Shown: in pieces, positions 34,519-44,153 of the stretch | Numbering within the stretch: position 1 is the stretch's first letter | Layout: each line of letters starts with the position of its first letter | Virus record (IMG/VR): IMGVR_UViG_3300027710_000010 | Coordinates: 235,583-299,582 of that record | Source of the DNA: a virus | Lineage: Duplodnaviria; Heunggongvirae; Uroviricota; Caudoviricetes | Strand: one strand, 5' to 3' | Length of the DNA stretch: 64,000 bases | Notes under the pieces: model-generated | Seen by the model: only the letters and a program-made list of their open reading frames with translations | The model's database searches: none | Told to the model about the DNA's origin: nothing | Position numbers and translations under genes: made by a program

Positions 34519-34906
34519 TTACCCTCTGACGCAGTTCGCTTGTACTAAACGAATGTCTGCGTTTATTAAAATAAAATTCCATGGGCAAATCGTGCCCAGT
34601 AAATTTTTTGTCTTTATATTCTTCGCCTAATATTCTTATATTGATTGGAAATGAAAGCAGGATATCTTGTAGTTCACGTTCACTAGCATAAGGAACAATT
34701 TGATCTACAAATTTGCAGGCTTTTAACTGTGCCCAACGTTCAAATACACCTTGTACAGGTTTGTTTTTAGTGTTGGGTCTGTCAATAGTTGGGTCTGTTT
34801 GCAAACCAACAATTAAAAACTCACATTGTTTCCTTGCTTCTTCCAGCATCATAACATGCCCAGCATGAAACAAATCAAAAGTTGAACAAGTAAATCCTAT
34901 TTTCAT
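34502..34906 (-). CDS. Cytidylyltransferase (TagD/glycerol-3-phosphate CTase-like)
   Basis: 'TFDLFHAGH' HxGH motif, 'LIVGLQTD', 'KP.....ER', 'FSTSELR'. Confidence 0.85.
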   Translation of the reverse strand: MKIGFTCSTFDLFHAGHVMMLEEARKQCEFLIVGLQTDPTIDRPNTKNKPVQGVFERWAQLKACKFVDQIVPYASERELQDILLSFPINIRILGEEYKDKKFTGHDLPMEFYFNKRRHSFSTSELRQRVIDATR

Positions 34907-36681
34907 TCTACAATCTCGATATCATTAGCATAGCTAGTAAAACCATTTTCTTTGATAACTTTTAACACATTATTAACACGGCCAATTAATTCGTCTTTGT
35001 GTGATATCAAGTAAATGTTCTTATCACGTTCACGAGCCATTTTTTTCAATACTGCAAGTGCGCCTTCAACACCACTGGCATCTAATCCATTGTCAATAAG
35101 TTCGTCAATAAACAACAAGTTGATATTTTGATATAAACTTTCCCATACATCTCGGAAACTCCAAGACAATCCTAAAATCAAGCGATTGCGTTCACCACGT
35201 GACAAGTTGTCAAAGTCTAAATCCTGTCCTAACTGTGTAATTTCCACAGTGAGGTCATTTTGGAATACAACTGTATGCGGTAACCCCATGCGGTCAAGAT
35301 AATAAGTTAGACGGTTGTTCAAGTAGGCCAAATTCTGATCAATAATTTTCTTACGAATAAAACTGTCTTTGCTGGTTAGCAATTTTAACAAAAATTCTTG
35401 ATGATCTTTTACTGATGTTAATTCATTAACATGATCCCATGAAATTTCCTGCATAGCAGTATGCTTCAATTCGTCAATTTGTTCTTGATAAGGGTCAGTT
35501 TCTTCAGCACGTTTTACCAACTGATTCTCTAATGTAGTCAAGTTGTTTTGATGCTTTAGTGCTTCTTCAACAGTGTCATAATATGTGTTAGGTCTGCCAT
35601 TAATATCACCGATTACAGACAACTCTGCAACTACTTTAGCCAAGTCAGCAACAACCTTATCGTGATACTTGTTGGCTTCAGTTATGTTAGCATTAGCTGT
35701 GGCAGATAATTCCTCGTGTTTATGGTCATGTAGTGCTTGTTCACAAGCATGGCAAGTCTTGCTATCTAGGGCTAAGAGCTCGCTAGCGTATTTTTTTACG
35801 CTACGCTCTGCTTGTGCCATTGCACTTTCCAGAGTCGCTCGTTCTTTGTTTAAACTTTTTATCTTAGATGCTTGCTCATCGTAGACTTTTAACTTGGCAT
35901 GCTGATCTAGTTCGTTATTAATGTCTACACTTTGTAGTTCATCAATAGCCGCAGTAATTTTATCTAAATCAAGTCGTTGTTGATTGTACCAAGCAGTTTG
36001 TCTAGTTATTAAGCTGTCAACACTTTGTTGAATCTTATCATTAGATTTCTTAGACGCTTCAATGTTAGCACTTTCCTGCGTAATTTCTTCTTTTGTAATA
36101 CGGATCAGTTCTTTAAGTGCTTCGGACTTTTCACTTAACAGTGTAATGCCCAACAACTGCTCGATAATAACACGCTGATCATTCGCTCTCATGCTTAAGA
36201 ACGGCTCAGTGTAAGTGTTGAGCGCAAGGATATGTTTGAACATGTCATGACTCATGCCCAAAAGTTCGTCTAAGTCCTTTTGAGTCTCACGCATGTCGCC
36301 CTGTGCGTCATCACTTTCGTCTGTGTCTTGCTCTACATCGTTAACATAAAATTTAAGAACATTCGGTCGACGACCACGTTCAATCCTATAACTAACTCCG
36401 TCTTTATCAAAACTCAACGTGACCAACATGCCTTTGCCATTGATCTTATTGATTAAATTATCTTTCTTAATGTTAGTCAAAGCAACACCGTACATTGCAT
36501 AACTCAATGCATTAACGATTGTAGTTTTACCCGTGCCGTTACGACTGCCATTGTCATCGCCGCCTTGGTCTAAATTTTCACCCAAGACTAACGTTAAATG
36601 CTGTTTGCCGAAATCAACTGCTTGAGTTTGGTTGCCCACACTCATGAAGTTTTTTACGGTCAAATCTTTAATTTTTATCAT
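34903..36681 (-). CDS. gp46: Recombination exonuclease ATPase subunit (gp46/Rad50/SbcC-like)
   Basis: 'KNFMSVGN', Walker A 'NGTGKTT', CxxC hook 'CHACEQ', signature 'LSRGE', Walker B 'LLFIDE', 'LISH'. Confidence 0.95.
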   Translation of the reverse strand: MIKIKDLTVKNFMSVGNQTQAVDFGKQHLTLVLGENLDQGGDDNGSRNGTGKTTIVNALSYAMYGVALTNIKKDNLINKINGKGMLVTLSFDKDGVSYRIERGRRPNVLKFYVNDVEQDTDESDDAQGDMRETQKDLDELLGMSHDMFKHILALNTYTEPFLSMRANDQRVIIEQLLGITLLSEKSEALKELIRITKEEITQESANIEASKKSNDKIQQSVDSLITRQTAWYNQQRLDLDKITAAIDELQSVDINNELDQHAKLKVYDEQASKIKSLNKERATLESAMAQAERSVKKYASELLALDSKTCHACEQALHDHKHEELSATANANITEANKYHDKVVADLAKVVAELSVIGDINGRPNTYYDTVEEALKHQNNLTTLENQLVKRAEETDPYQEQIDELKHTAMQEISWDHVNELTSVKDHQEFLLKLLTSKDSFIRKKIIDQNLAYLNNRLTYYLDRMGLPHTVVFQNDLTVEITQLGQDLDFDNLSRGERNRLILGLSWSFRDVWESLYQNINLLFIDELIDNGLDASGVEGALAVLKKMARERDKNIYLISHKDELIGRVNNVLKVIKENGFTSYANDIEIVE

Positions 36682-37691
36682 AGGCTATTATAAATTTCCA
36701 GTAGCGTCTTTGCGCTAAATTTGTCACTTTCAATGCTTACAAGCTGATTGCTGACAATTTGGTCAACGCTTTCAAATGCTTGTACATCAATGCTAGTGTT
36801 AATCTCTACATCTTTTTTCTCAGGAATTAACGTCAATTCTCTAATATCGTAATCACCTAAGAATTTTTCTTTAATAAAACTTGCTTCTTCATAACTGATG
36901 TCAATGTCTAGTGTAACACGAAGATGTTGCTTGGGCAAGATTAATGTTTCCGCTTCGTCGATCAGTTGGCTTAATTTTACAGTACGGAACGTGGGTTGTC
37001 CAGGCCAGCTGTGATATTCTGGCTCACCGTCCCACTCTAAAATCATCATGCCACGTTCATCATCCCATGCATCTGCATAGTTGTGCGGAAATGCATTGCC
37101 AATATAAATCATATTGTCTTTTTGTTGACGCTTGTGAAAGTGTCCGCTAAATCCAAGTTCATAAGATTTGAAAGCATCTGCTTTGAGTTCACCATGATCT
37201 GGCATCTGCACCATAGCATTCATAAAAAAGCTAGGCAATTCAAAATGCCCAAAGATATACTTGCCGCCTTTTTTGCCTATTGTTTTCCACTCATCACCTA
37301 CCAGCCACGGACAGAGAGTAACCTGACCAATAGTAGTGGGCTCATGAACAACAGTAATCCCAGGAATATACTTTCCGAACTCGACGGAATGAATATCCCG
37401 TTTATCTTTGTAATATAAATCATGATTGCCAGGGAAAAAGTAAAATTGATCGAAAGCCTTACCCAGCTTTTCCAAGGCCCTAAGACTATAGTCCATAGTA
37501 GTGATATTAAGACTATTGCGATTGTGATGCCAATCCCCCATAAATATTCCAGTATCACACCCTTCCTCCTTTGCTTTTGCAATGTACCAGTCAATGAATT
37601 CTTCACAATCTTTATTGTGAACACTGCTGTTAGATTTTAAACCAAAATGTATGTCTGTAAAACAGGCAACTTTCTTAAAAAGATTACTCAT
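36678..37691 (-). CDS. gp47: Recombination nuclease subunit (gp47/Mre11/SbcD-like)
   Basis: Metallophosphoesterase motifs DIHFG, GDWHH, GNHD, GHFE, SGHFH; start re-called to MSNLFKK, overlapping the upstream stop. Confidence 0.93.
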   Translation of the reverse strand: MSNLFKKVACFTDIHFGLKSNSSVHNKDCEEFIDWYIAKAKEEGCDTGIFMGDWHHNRNSLNITTMDYSLRALEKLGKAFDQFYFFPGNHDLYYKDKRDIHSVEFGKYIPGITVVHEPTTIGQVTLCPWLVGDEWKTIGKKGGKYIFGHFELPSFFMNAMVQMPDHGELKADAFKSYELGFSGHFHKRQQKDNMIYIGNAFPHNYADAWDDERGMMILEWDGEPEYHSWPGQPTFRTVKLSQLIDEAETLILPKQHLRVTLDIDISYEEASFIKEKFLGDYDIRELTLIPEKKDVEINTSIDVQAFESVDQIVSNQLVSIESDKFSAKTLLEIYNSL

Positions 37692-38529
37692 GCGGTGTAC
37701 TCTCGTCAAAACGTTTTATAGCGGCGGCATGCTCTCCGGCGCCAGTCCTACTGTAACTTGGATTCATGCCATTCATTTCCAGCATGTCGTCTCTAATGTT
37801 TTGGTTACGTTTTTCAATGTTGATAATGCGTACAAAACTATTAGTAACTGCCGCTGTAAAGTAGGCAAACGGATTATTACTTTTTGCCTCATTGAATTGC
37901 AAGCCAATTTGAGTTAATTGTAAAATTGCCTGCGCTCGCATTTCATCGTTGTATGTGTAGCCACGAACGTTGCCCCTAGTAGCATATCGTTCACACAGCT
38001 TAATATACATTCGAGCCAATTTATCTGTAATTTGACCGTGGTCTTTGTTGAATTTGCCCTTAGCAACAGTGCCCTGCCAATGGCTCTTTCCCACACAGAT
38101 AAGTTCGTCATTCTCATCAAATTTCCAGTGTTGAAACGGCGGAAAGTTGACCTTATCTCTATGATCTGCTAGGCTTTTTGGATTCTTTTTGCGTGTGCTG
38201 TTAAGCGGAATATGGTCAAACGTCATAATTCTAAAGACCAAATCCAACTTAGTGATCTTTTTGTAGTCTACTTCACAGTCGGCTTGTTTGACTTTTTCGC
38301 CTTCTCTTTTGCGTCTTGCATACTCGGCATCGCCGATGCGTTTGGCTTGATTACGTTTGGCTTCTGCAATAGTGCGTATGTTAATTTTATCTACACTTGG
38401 CAAAATTAAATCATATTGGTGATATTCTGGCTGTGTGTAGCTTGAGTAAGTATTTTTGGACTTGTGTATCTCTTCCAGTAAGTCTTTGTTGTTTAAGTAA
38501 TTTACTTTCGTTGTTGTTGTAATTGTCAT
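37684..38529 (-). CDS. gp55: Late-transcription sigma factor (gp55-like)
   Basis: 'NYLNNKDLL.EI', 'N.RGYTY.DEM', 'F...KS.NPFAYFT......F.R.I..EK'; sits upstream of gp47-gp46 as in T4-like phages. Confidence 0.8.
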   Translation of the reverse strand: MTITTTTKVNYLNNKDLLEEIHKSKNTYSSYTQPEYHQYDLILPSVDKINIRTIAEAKRNQAKRIGDAEYARRKREGEKVKQADCEVDYKKITKLDLVFRIMTFDHIPLNSTRKKNPKSLADHRDKVNFPPFQHWKFDENDELICVGKSHWQGTVAKGKFNKDHGQITDKLARMYIKLCERYATRGNVRGYTYNDEMRAQAILQLTQIGLQFNEAKSNNPFAYFTAAVTNSFVRIINIEKRNQNIRDDMLEMNGMNPSYSRTGAGEHAAAIKRFDESTPHE

Positions 38530-38551
38530 CGATTGGGTCCTATATAGTAAT

Positions 38552-38580
38552 ATTATAAACTACGCACATAATTTTGTCAA
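38552..38580 (-). promoter_or_regulatory. Consensus sigma70 promoter for the gp55-gp47-gp46 operon
   Basis: Minus strand TTGACA (38580-38575), 17-nt spacer, TATAAT (38557-38552). Confidence 0.9.
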
Positions 38581-38581
38581 C

Positions 38582-38587
38582 TAAATA
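38582..38587 (+). promoter_or_regulatory. Late promoter motif TAAATA (baseplate operon)
   Basis: CTAAATA followed by AGGAG SD and ATG 38607. Confidence 0.65.
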
Positions 38588-38606
38588 TAGACATAGGAGA
38601 TAGAAA

Positions 38607-39593
38607 ATGGCAGATTTTAATGTAGCAGGTGCTGTGTCAGGTGTTCAATCTGCGTTAGGTACTGCGGCCGGAGTGTTGAATACTGCGGCTAACCTAGGTG
38701 CGGCGCTTAACAGTAATTTATCGAATCCAGCCAGACTACTCAGCTCAATTCGAAGTATTAACTTACCTGTGGGCGGAGAAGCAATTGGATCAATTATCAA
38801 TGCAGCCGCATCATTTGGCGGTACTGATAATACAGATGACTGGAGAGCAAGACTAAGCATGCCAACTGGCAGTTTCTTTGATAGAAGTCCTATTTTACAG
38901 CCACTAATTAATGCAGGCGGATTAATTTTTCCATACACTCCTACTATCTCAATTAACAGCACTGCTACTTACGGAGAGATTCCAGTAACACATCAGAACT
39001 ATCAATTCCAAGCATATCAAAATAGCAGAGTAAGTGACATTCAAATTACTGGCGAGTTCAACGTTGAAGATGCTGTGCAGGCAAAATACTGGATTGCCGC
39101 AGTACACTTTTTAAGATCAGTGACAAAAATGTTTACAGGTGATACAGCGTTCCAAGGTAATCCTCCTCCAATCTTAAATTTTAGTGCTTACGGTGATCAT
39201 GTGTTTAGAAACGTGCCCGTAGTTGTAAAAAGTTTTAGCATGACACTGCCTAAAGATGTACAGTATATCAGTACAAACGTAGCAGGTGGCGGCGGCGGCC
39301 TTAATGACATTTCACAAACTGCTGGACAACTAGCAGGAGTCGCTGGCGCTTTTGGATTAGGCAGTGCGGCTCAGTCATTGGGGCAGATTGGCGCAGTTGC
39401 TGGCGCTGCCAGCACACTGACTAATTTATTCAGTGGAGTTGCTGGCGGGCAAGGCACACCGAGAGACAGCCATGTGCCCGTCAAGAGTGATTTAACAATT
39501 ACCATAATGCCAATTTACAGTAAAGAAGCTGTAAGACAGTTTAGTCTACAGCGTTTTGTTAACGGTGATTATGTAAGTAGAGGGTATGTATAA
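38607..39593 (+). CDS. Baseplate/tail-tube junction protein (gp48/gp54-like)
   Basis: 'GLIFPYTP.I', 'HFLRSVTKMF', 'GNPPPI..FSAYG..VF..VPVVV.SF'; first gene of the baseplate operon. Confidence 0.55.
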   Translation: MADFNVAGAVSGVQSALGTAAGVLNTAANLGAALNSNLSNPARLLSSIRSINLPVGGEAIGSIINAAASFGGTDNTDDWRARLSMPTGSFFDRSPILQPLINAGGLIFPYTPTISINSTATYGEIPVTHQNYQFQAYQNSRVSDIQITGEFNVEDAVQAKYWIAAVHFLRSVTKMFTGDTAFQGNPPPILNFSAYGDHVFRNVPVVVKSFSMTLPKDVQYISTNVAGGGGGLNDISQTAGQLAGVAGAFGLGSAAQSLGQIGAVAGAASTLTNLFSGVAGGQGTPRDSHVPVKSDLTITIMPIYSKEAVRQFSLQRFVNGDYVSRGYV

Positions 39594-39898
39594 TGACAGC
39601 AAAATACACTAACACCAGTCCATGGTTTAAGACTAGTATTACTAAAAACAGTTACTTAGATGTGTTAACTATTAGACCAGTTAGTTCAGAAGCTGACGAT
39701 TTTCTTTATACAATAGAATCTCAATATACATATAGGCCTGACTTATTAGCGTACGACTTGTATGAAGACTCAAGCCTGTGGTGGGTTTTTATGCAAAGAA
39801 ATTTAGATGTATTACAAGATCCTATTTGGGACTTTGTTCCTGGAACACAAATTTATTTGCCTAAAAATGGCAGTCTAAAACAAGTATTAGGAAATTAA
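39593..39898 (+). CDS. gp53: Baseplate wedge protein (gp53-like, LysM-type)
   Basis: 'RPDLLAYDLY....LWWVF..RN....DP...F.PG..IYLP'. Confidence 0.8.
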   Translation: MTAKYTNTSPWFKTSITKNSYLDVLTIRPVSSEADDFLYTIESQYTYRPDLLAYDLYEDSSLWWVFMQRNLDVLQDPIWDFVPGTQIYLPKNGSLKQVLGN

Positions 39899-39901
39899 GT
39901 T

Positions 39902-42286
39902 ATGGCGTTTGATATCACATCCGCTGCCACCACAGCTACCTCGACGGTTAAAAATGCACTTAACAGTTCAGGAGTTGTTTCTGGACTACAGCAGGCAGGC
40001 GCATCATTAGACAGTTTAAAAAATGCTGCCGTTTCGGGTGTGACAAACTTAGCTGGTTCTTTAACCAACTCTATTCCTGGTCAGTTAAAATCTGCAATAG
40101 ATGCAATTCCAAAAATTGCTGATCTTAATATTGAAAAATTATTACAGTCTGCGAAGAGTGTAGTCAACGTTTCAGGTACTCCTCCGTTTGCTAATGTTTT
40201 GCACAATTTTGCCAGTTACAATTATTTGTGGACATTAAGTGTGCTAAGTCCACAAGACTTAAATTTTCCTGATGATAGTTATAGAAAAGGAAAATTAGGC
40301 CCAATTATTTTACAGAGCGGCAGTGGCAATCCTAATGACAGGATCAGCACAGTATATAGAAGTCCAGATAATCCAGCTGGCAAGTTTGATTATTTTATGG
40401 AAAACGTTCGTATCAGTGGTATGATTGGTATGGACAAGACAACAGGGAACACAAACGCTACAGGTATCACTTTTGATATTGTTGAACCATATAGCATGGG
40501 CTTGTTTTTCCAGTCATTACAAATCGCCGCACTAGAATCGAATTACGCAAACTATATTGATTGTCCGTTATTGTTAAGATTGGAATTTAAAGGTCACCTT
40601 GATCAGTATAAACAAAATGTACAAATTCCCGGAACAACAAAATACTTTCCTTTAAAAATTAGAAACATTACTATGCGTGTTAGTGGCAATGGAAGTGTGT
40701 ATACTTGTGAAGCTATTCCTTGGAATGAAAAAGCGCACAACACAACTTACAGTCAAATTAAAACTGAAATTACTGTTTCTGGATCCACTGTTCAAGAAAT
40801 GATTCAAACAGGTGCTAAAAGTTTACAAAAAGTTGTTAATGATAGATATCAAGAATCAGTAAAACGTAAAGACGTTGAAGTTCCAGATCAAATTTTAATT
40901 TTATTCCCTTCAGATTTAAAAACTAGTGATGCGAAATCATCTACAGATGATTCAAGCTCACCTGCGACAGCTACACAAAACCCCAATGAAAAAACTGCAA
41001 ATACTAGTGTGTTTAATCGTTTAGGGGTTGCTCGTAGTTCTGATGGATTTAACCTTGTACAAAATGACAACATAAATCCTGTTGGAATTTCCAGCATGGG
41101 ATTTAACGAGTACAGAAAAGGCGATCCTGCATTTGGTAAAGACAACGCAGTTTATGATGAAAAGACTGGCACATACAAACGCGGTAATATCACAATTAGT
41201 AAAACGTCCAGTGAAGCTAGATTTAATCAAGGTACTGACATTCCTAACGTAATTAACCAGGTTATTTTATCTAGCGATTACGGACGTCAAGCACTAGATC
41301 CTGACAAAATTGACGATGCAGGATTTATTAATTGGTGGAGAATTGACACACAAGTCTATATGTTAGACACTGATGCTAACATAGCTAAAACAGGTAGAAA
41401 ACCAAACTTAGTTGTATATCGTGTAGTACCACATAAAATTCATCACAGTAAATTTATGGCTCCTAATTCAGCAGCCAAAGGCACTGAGAAACTTAAATTA
41501 CAGTCATTAAAAGAATACAATTATTTGTATACAAGTAAAAATTTAGATATTATTAATTTTAACATTGAATTTAATGCGGCATTTTATACAGCATTAACCG
41601 CTGACAGTGGCAAAAACAACCAAGGTGTTGTGAGGGCCGCTGAAACAGGTCGAGCAGCGGCAGACACAACTACACCTAATGATAAAGTTAGTGGAAGAAC
41701 TGACAGCGTTGGAACTGGCCAAGGTGCGATTGAATTAGGCACAGTACCAACAGTTGCAGAAAACGATAAAATTAAAACTCGTAGTGGCGGTAAGGGTGGC
41801 GCAGGATCAGACGATCCTGGCACAATGGCGGCAAGGCAATTTCATGATGCTATTACTGAAGGCAGTGATATGGTTCAATTAGATATGGAAATTATGGGAG
41901 ATCCTTTTTACTTAGGCGACAGCGGCATGGGCAACTACTCTGCTCAAGCAACTAACTTAAAAGGTCTAAATTCAGATGGCGGCATCAATTATCAAGACGG
42001 CGAAGTTTACATTAATGTCAAGTTTAGAAACCCGGTTGATATAAGTAGATCAACTGGACGCTATGACTTTCCTAGTGGAACATTGGTCCCACAATTTAGT
42101 GGATTGTATAGAGTAACTAAAGTTGAAAATAATTTCAAAACAGGTAAATTCACACAAACATTGTCATTAACTAGAATGGTTGGACAAGACGTTAAGGATG
42201 ATGGTTCAGCAGGCAAGACAGTAGTGTCTAAGATTGCGGATACATTTAATCCTAATAATCCAGACTCATACTCAACAAGCGAATAA
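39902..42286 (+). CDS. Baseplate hub protein (gp27-like, tentative)
   Basis: Immediately upstream of gp5; C-terminal 'I.GDP.Y' and 'SGLYRVTKV...F..G.FTQTL.L.R'. Confidence 0.6.
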   Translation: MAFDITSAATTATSTVKNALNSSGVVSGLQQAGASLDSLKNAAVSGVTNLAGSLTNSIPGQLKSAIDAIPKIADLNIEKLLQSAKSVVNVSGTPPFANVLHNFASYNYLWTLSVLSPQDLNFPDDSYRKGKLGPIILQSGSGNPNDRISTVYRSPDNPAGKFDYFMENVRISGMIGMDKTTGNTNATGITFDIVEPYSMGLFFQSLQIAALESNYANYIDCPLLLRLEFKGHLDQYKQNVQIPGTTKYFPLKIRNITMRVSGNGSVYTCEAIPWNEKAHNTTYSQIKTEITVSGSTVQEMIQTGAKSLQKVVNDRYQESVKRKDVEVPDQILILFPSDLKTSDAKSSTDDSSSPATATQNPNEKTANTSVFNRLGVARSSDGFNLVQNDNINPVGISSMGFNEYRKGDPAFGKDNAVYDEKTGTYKRGNITISKTSSEARFNQGTDIPNVINQVILSSDYGRQALDPDKIDDAGFINWWRIDTQVYMLDTDANIAKTGRKPNLVVYRVVPHKIHHSKFMAPNSAAKGTEKLKLQSLKEYNYLYTSKNLDIINFNIEFNAAFYTALTADSGKNNQGVVRAAETGRAAADTTTPNDKVSGRTDSVGTGQGAIELGTVPTVAENDKIKTRSGGKGGAGSDDPGTMAARQFHDAITEGSDMVQLDMEIMGDPFYLGDSGMGNYSAQATNLKGLNSDGGINYQDGEVYINVKFRNPVDISRSTGRYDFPSGTLVPQFSGLYRVTKVENNFKTGKFTQTLSLTRMVGQDVKDDGSAGKTVVSKIADTFNPNNPDSYSTSE

Positions 42287-42296
42287 CAGAGAAAAT

Positions 42297-43652
42297 ATGG
42301 CAGAAGAAACCAGAAAAGCAACGGGCGATGGCAGTAATAACCCTGGCCCCTTTTTAGCAAAGGTAGTAAGCCATCTAGATCCTACCTACATGGGTGGGTT
42401 AGAAGTTCAACTATTGCATGAAGTTGGTAACGACCCTGGCAAAGAAGGACAGCTACACGTTGTAAAATACATGAGTCCTTTTATGGGATCTACAAGTGTT
42501 GATTATGTTGGCGAAGAAGACAATTTTCAAAACACACAAAAAAGTTACGGTTGGTGGGCAATACCCCCTGACGTAGGTTCAACTGTAATTTGTTTCTTTA
42601 TTGACGGAGACCCACGTTACGGTTATTGGATAGGATGTGTACAAGATGAAGACATGAACTTTATGATGCCAGGAATGGCAGCAACATCATATAATATTGA
42701 TGGTGATGAAGAACGTGTCCCTGTAGCTGAATATAATAAAAAAGCAATGGAAGTTGCTCCTGCTGACACAACAAAAGTTAAAAAACCGCAACATCCTTTT
42801 GCTAAGGTATTACAAGATCAAGGCTTATTAAAAGATGATATCCGCGGTATTACTACAAGTAGTGCTCGTAGAGAAACTCCTAGCAGTGTATTTGGAATCA
42901 GTACACCTGGACCAATTGACAAACAACCTGGTGCCAAAAAAGGCAAAATGGGCAAGGCTGAGCATCAAATTTCTGGAGCATTTGTAAGCCGTCTTGGCGG
43001 CACTACCTTTGTAATGGATGATGGCGATGACAAGTTTTTACGAAAAACAAAGGCGCACGAAGGTCCGCCAGAATATACCGCTGTTGAACAAGATGAAGCA
43101 GGTGGAGACCCAACAGTTCCGCATAATGAGCTAGTGCGTATTAGAACCCGTACTGGTCATCAAATATTATTGCACAACAGTGAAGATTTAATTTACATTG
43201 GCAATGCTCGCGGAACTACATGGATTGAATTAACTAGCATGGGCAAGATAGATATATTTGCCAGTGATAGTATCAGTATTCATACTAAAAATGATTTAAA
43301 TGTAACTGCTGATAGAGATATTAACTTTACTGCCGCTAGAAATATAAATTTAAACGCAGGTAAAGACACGGTAATGACATCCGCAGGAACTAGTCACATC
43401 AATAGTGCTACAGAACATAGAGAAACTGCGGGTAAGATCAACATGAATGGTCCAGTGGCTACTAAAGCACCTAAAGCAAATAGAATTCCGCAACATGAGC
43501 CTTGGGCTGGACACGAAAACTTAGATCCTACATCCACGAATCCCGATACAACTGAAGCAAAAGACGCACCTGTTGAAGCATCTCCAGCAGCCTTTAACAA
43601 ATATACAACATCAACAGATACCTTCAGTAAACTCAAAGGTACTGAAGAGTAA
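42297..43652 (+). CDS. gp5: Baseplate central spike (gp5-like)
   Basis: OB-fold 'A.V....DP...G.L.V' and 'W..PPD.G..V...F..GD', then 'IRIRTRTGHQILL' and a short beta-helix repeat; start re-called to ATG 42297. Confidence 0.75.
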   Translation: MAEETRKATGDGSNNPGPFLAKVVSHLDPTYMGGLEVQLLHEVGNDPGKEGQLHVVKYMSPFMGSTSVDYVGEEDNFQNTQKSYGWWAIPPDVGSTVICFFIDGDPRYGYWIGCVQDEDMNFMMPGMAATSYNIDGDEERVPVAEYNKKAMEVAPADTTKVKKPQHPFAKVLQDQGLLKDDIRGITTSSARRETPSSVFGISTPGPIDKQPGAKKGKMGKAEHQISGAFVSRLGGTTFVMDDGDDKFLRKTKAHEGPPEYTAVEQDEAGGDPTVPHNELVRIRTRTGHQILLHNSEDLIYIGNARGTTWIELTSMGKIDIFASDSISIHTKNDLNVTADRDINFTAARNINLNAGKDTVMTSAGTSHINSATEHRETAGKINMNGPVATKAPKANRIPQHEPWAGHENLDPTSTNPDTTEAKDAPVEASPAAFNKYTTSTDTFSKLKGTEE

Positions 43653-43655
43653 ATA
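43650..43655 (+). promoter_or_regulatory. Late promoter motif TAAATA
   Basis: Overlaps the gp5 stop codon, 5 nt before the gp25 ATG. Confidence 0.5.
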
Positions 43656-43660
43656 CTATT

Positions 43661-44104
43661 ATGCCAGCCAGCAAACGATTATACGATAAAATTTCACTTA
43701 AGGGCAAAGCCCCTAATCAATCAACACCTCTACCTAGGACTTATAGAGGTTTTAGTACAATTAGTGCTGATAGTGAAAGCTACACACTGTATGATTTGGC
43801 ACTGATAAAACAGGATATTTTAAATCATTTCCATGTTCGCCAGGGCGAGCGACTAATGAATCCCGAGTTTGGCACGATCATCTGGGACCTATTATTCGAG
43901 CCGTTGACAGAGGAATTGAAGTCTGCAATAACAAAAAACGTTGAAGATATCATTAATTATGACCCTCGAGTTAGAGCTGACCAGATCATTTTAACTACGT
44001 ATGATAGCGGCATACAGATAGACTGCACGTTAACTTACATGCCCTACAACATTCAAGAAAGTTTGCAATTTAGATTTGACCAAGCAAGCGGATTGCTCAA
44101 TTAA
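43661..44104 (+). CDS. gp25: Baseplate wedge subunit (gp25-like)
   Basis: 'GERLMNPEFGTIIWDLLFEP', 'I.YDPRV'. Confidence 0.9.
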   Translation: MPASKRLYDKISLKGKAPNQSTPLPRTYRGFSTISADSESYTLYDLALIKQDILNHFHVRQGERLMNPEFGTIIWDLLFEPLTEELKSAITKNVEDIINYDPRVRADQIILTTYDSGIQIDCTLTYMPYNIQESLQFRFDQASGLLN

Positions 44105-44126
44105 ACACATACATAATAAAAACCGC

Positions 44127-44132
44127 TAAATA
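44127..44132 (+). promoter_or_regulatory. Late promoter motif TAAATA
   Basis: CTAAATA upstream of the gp6 ATG (44154). Confidence 0.6.
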
Positions 44133-44153
44133 TACATTATATAGGAAGCGGAT

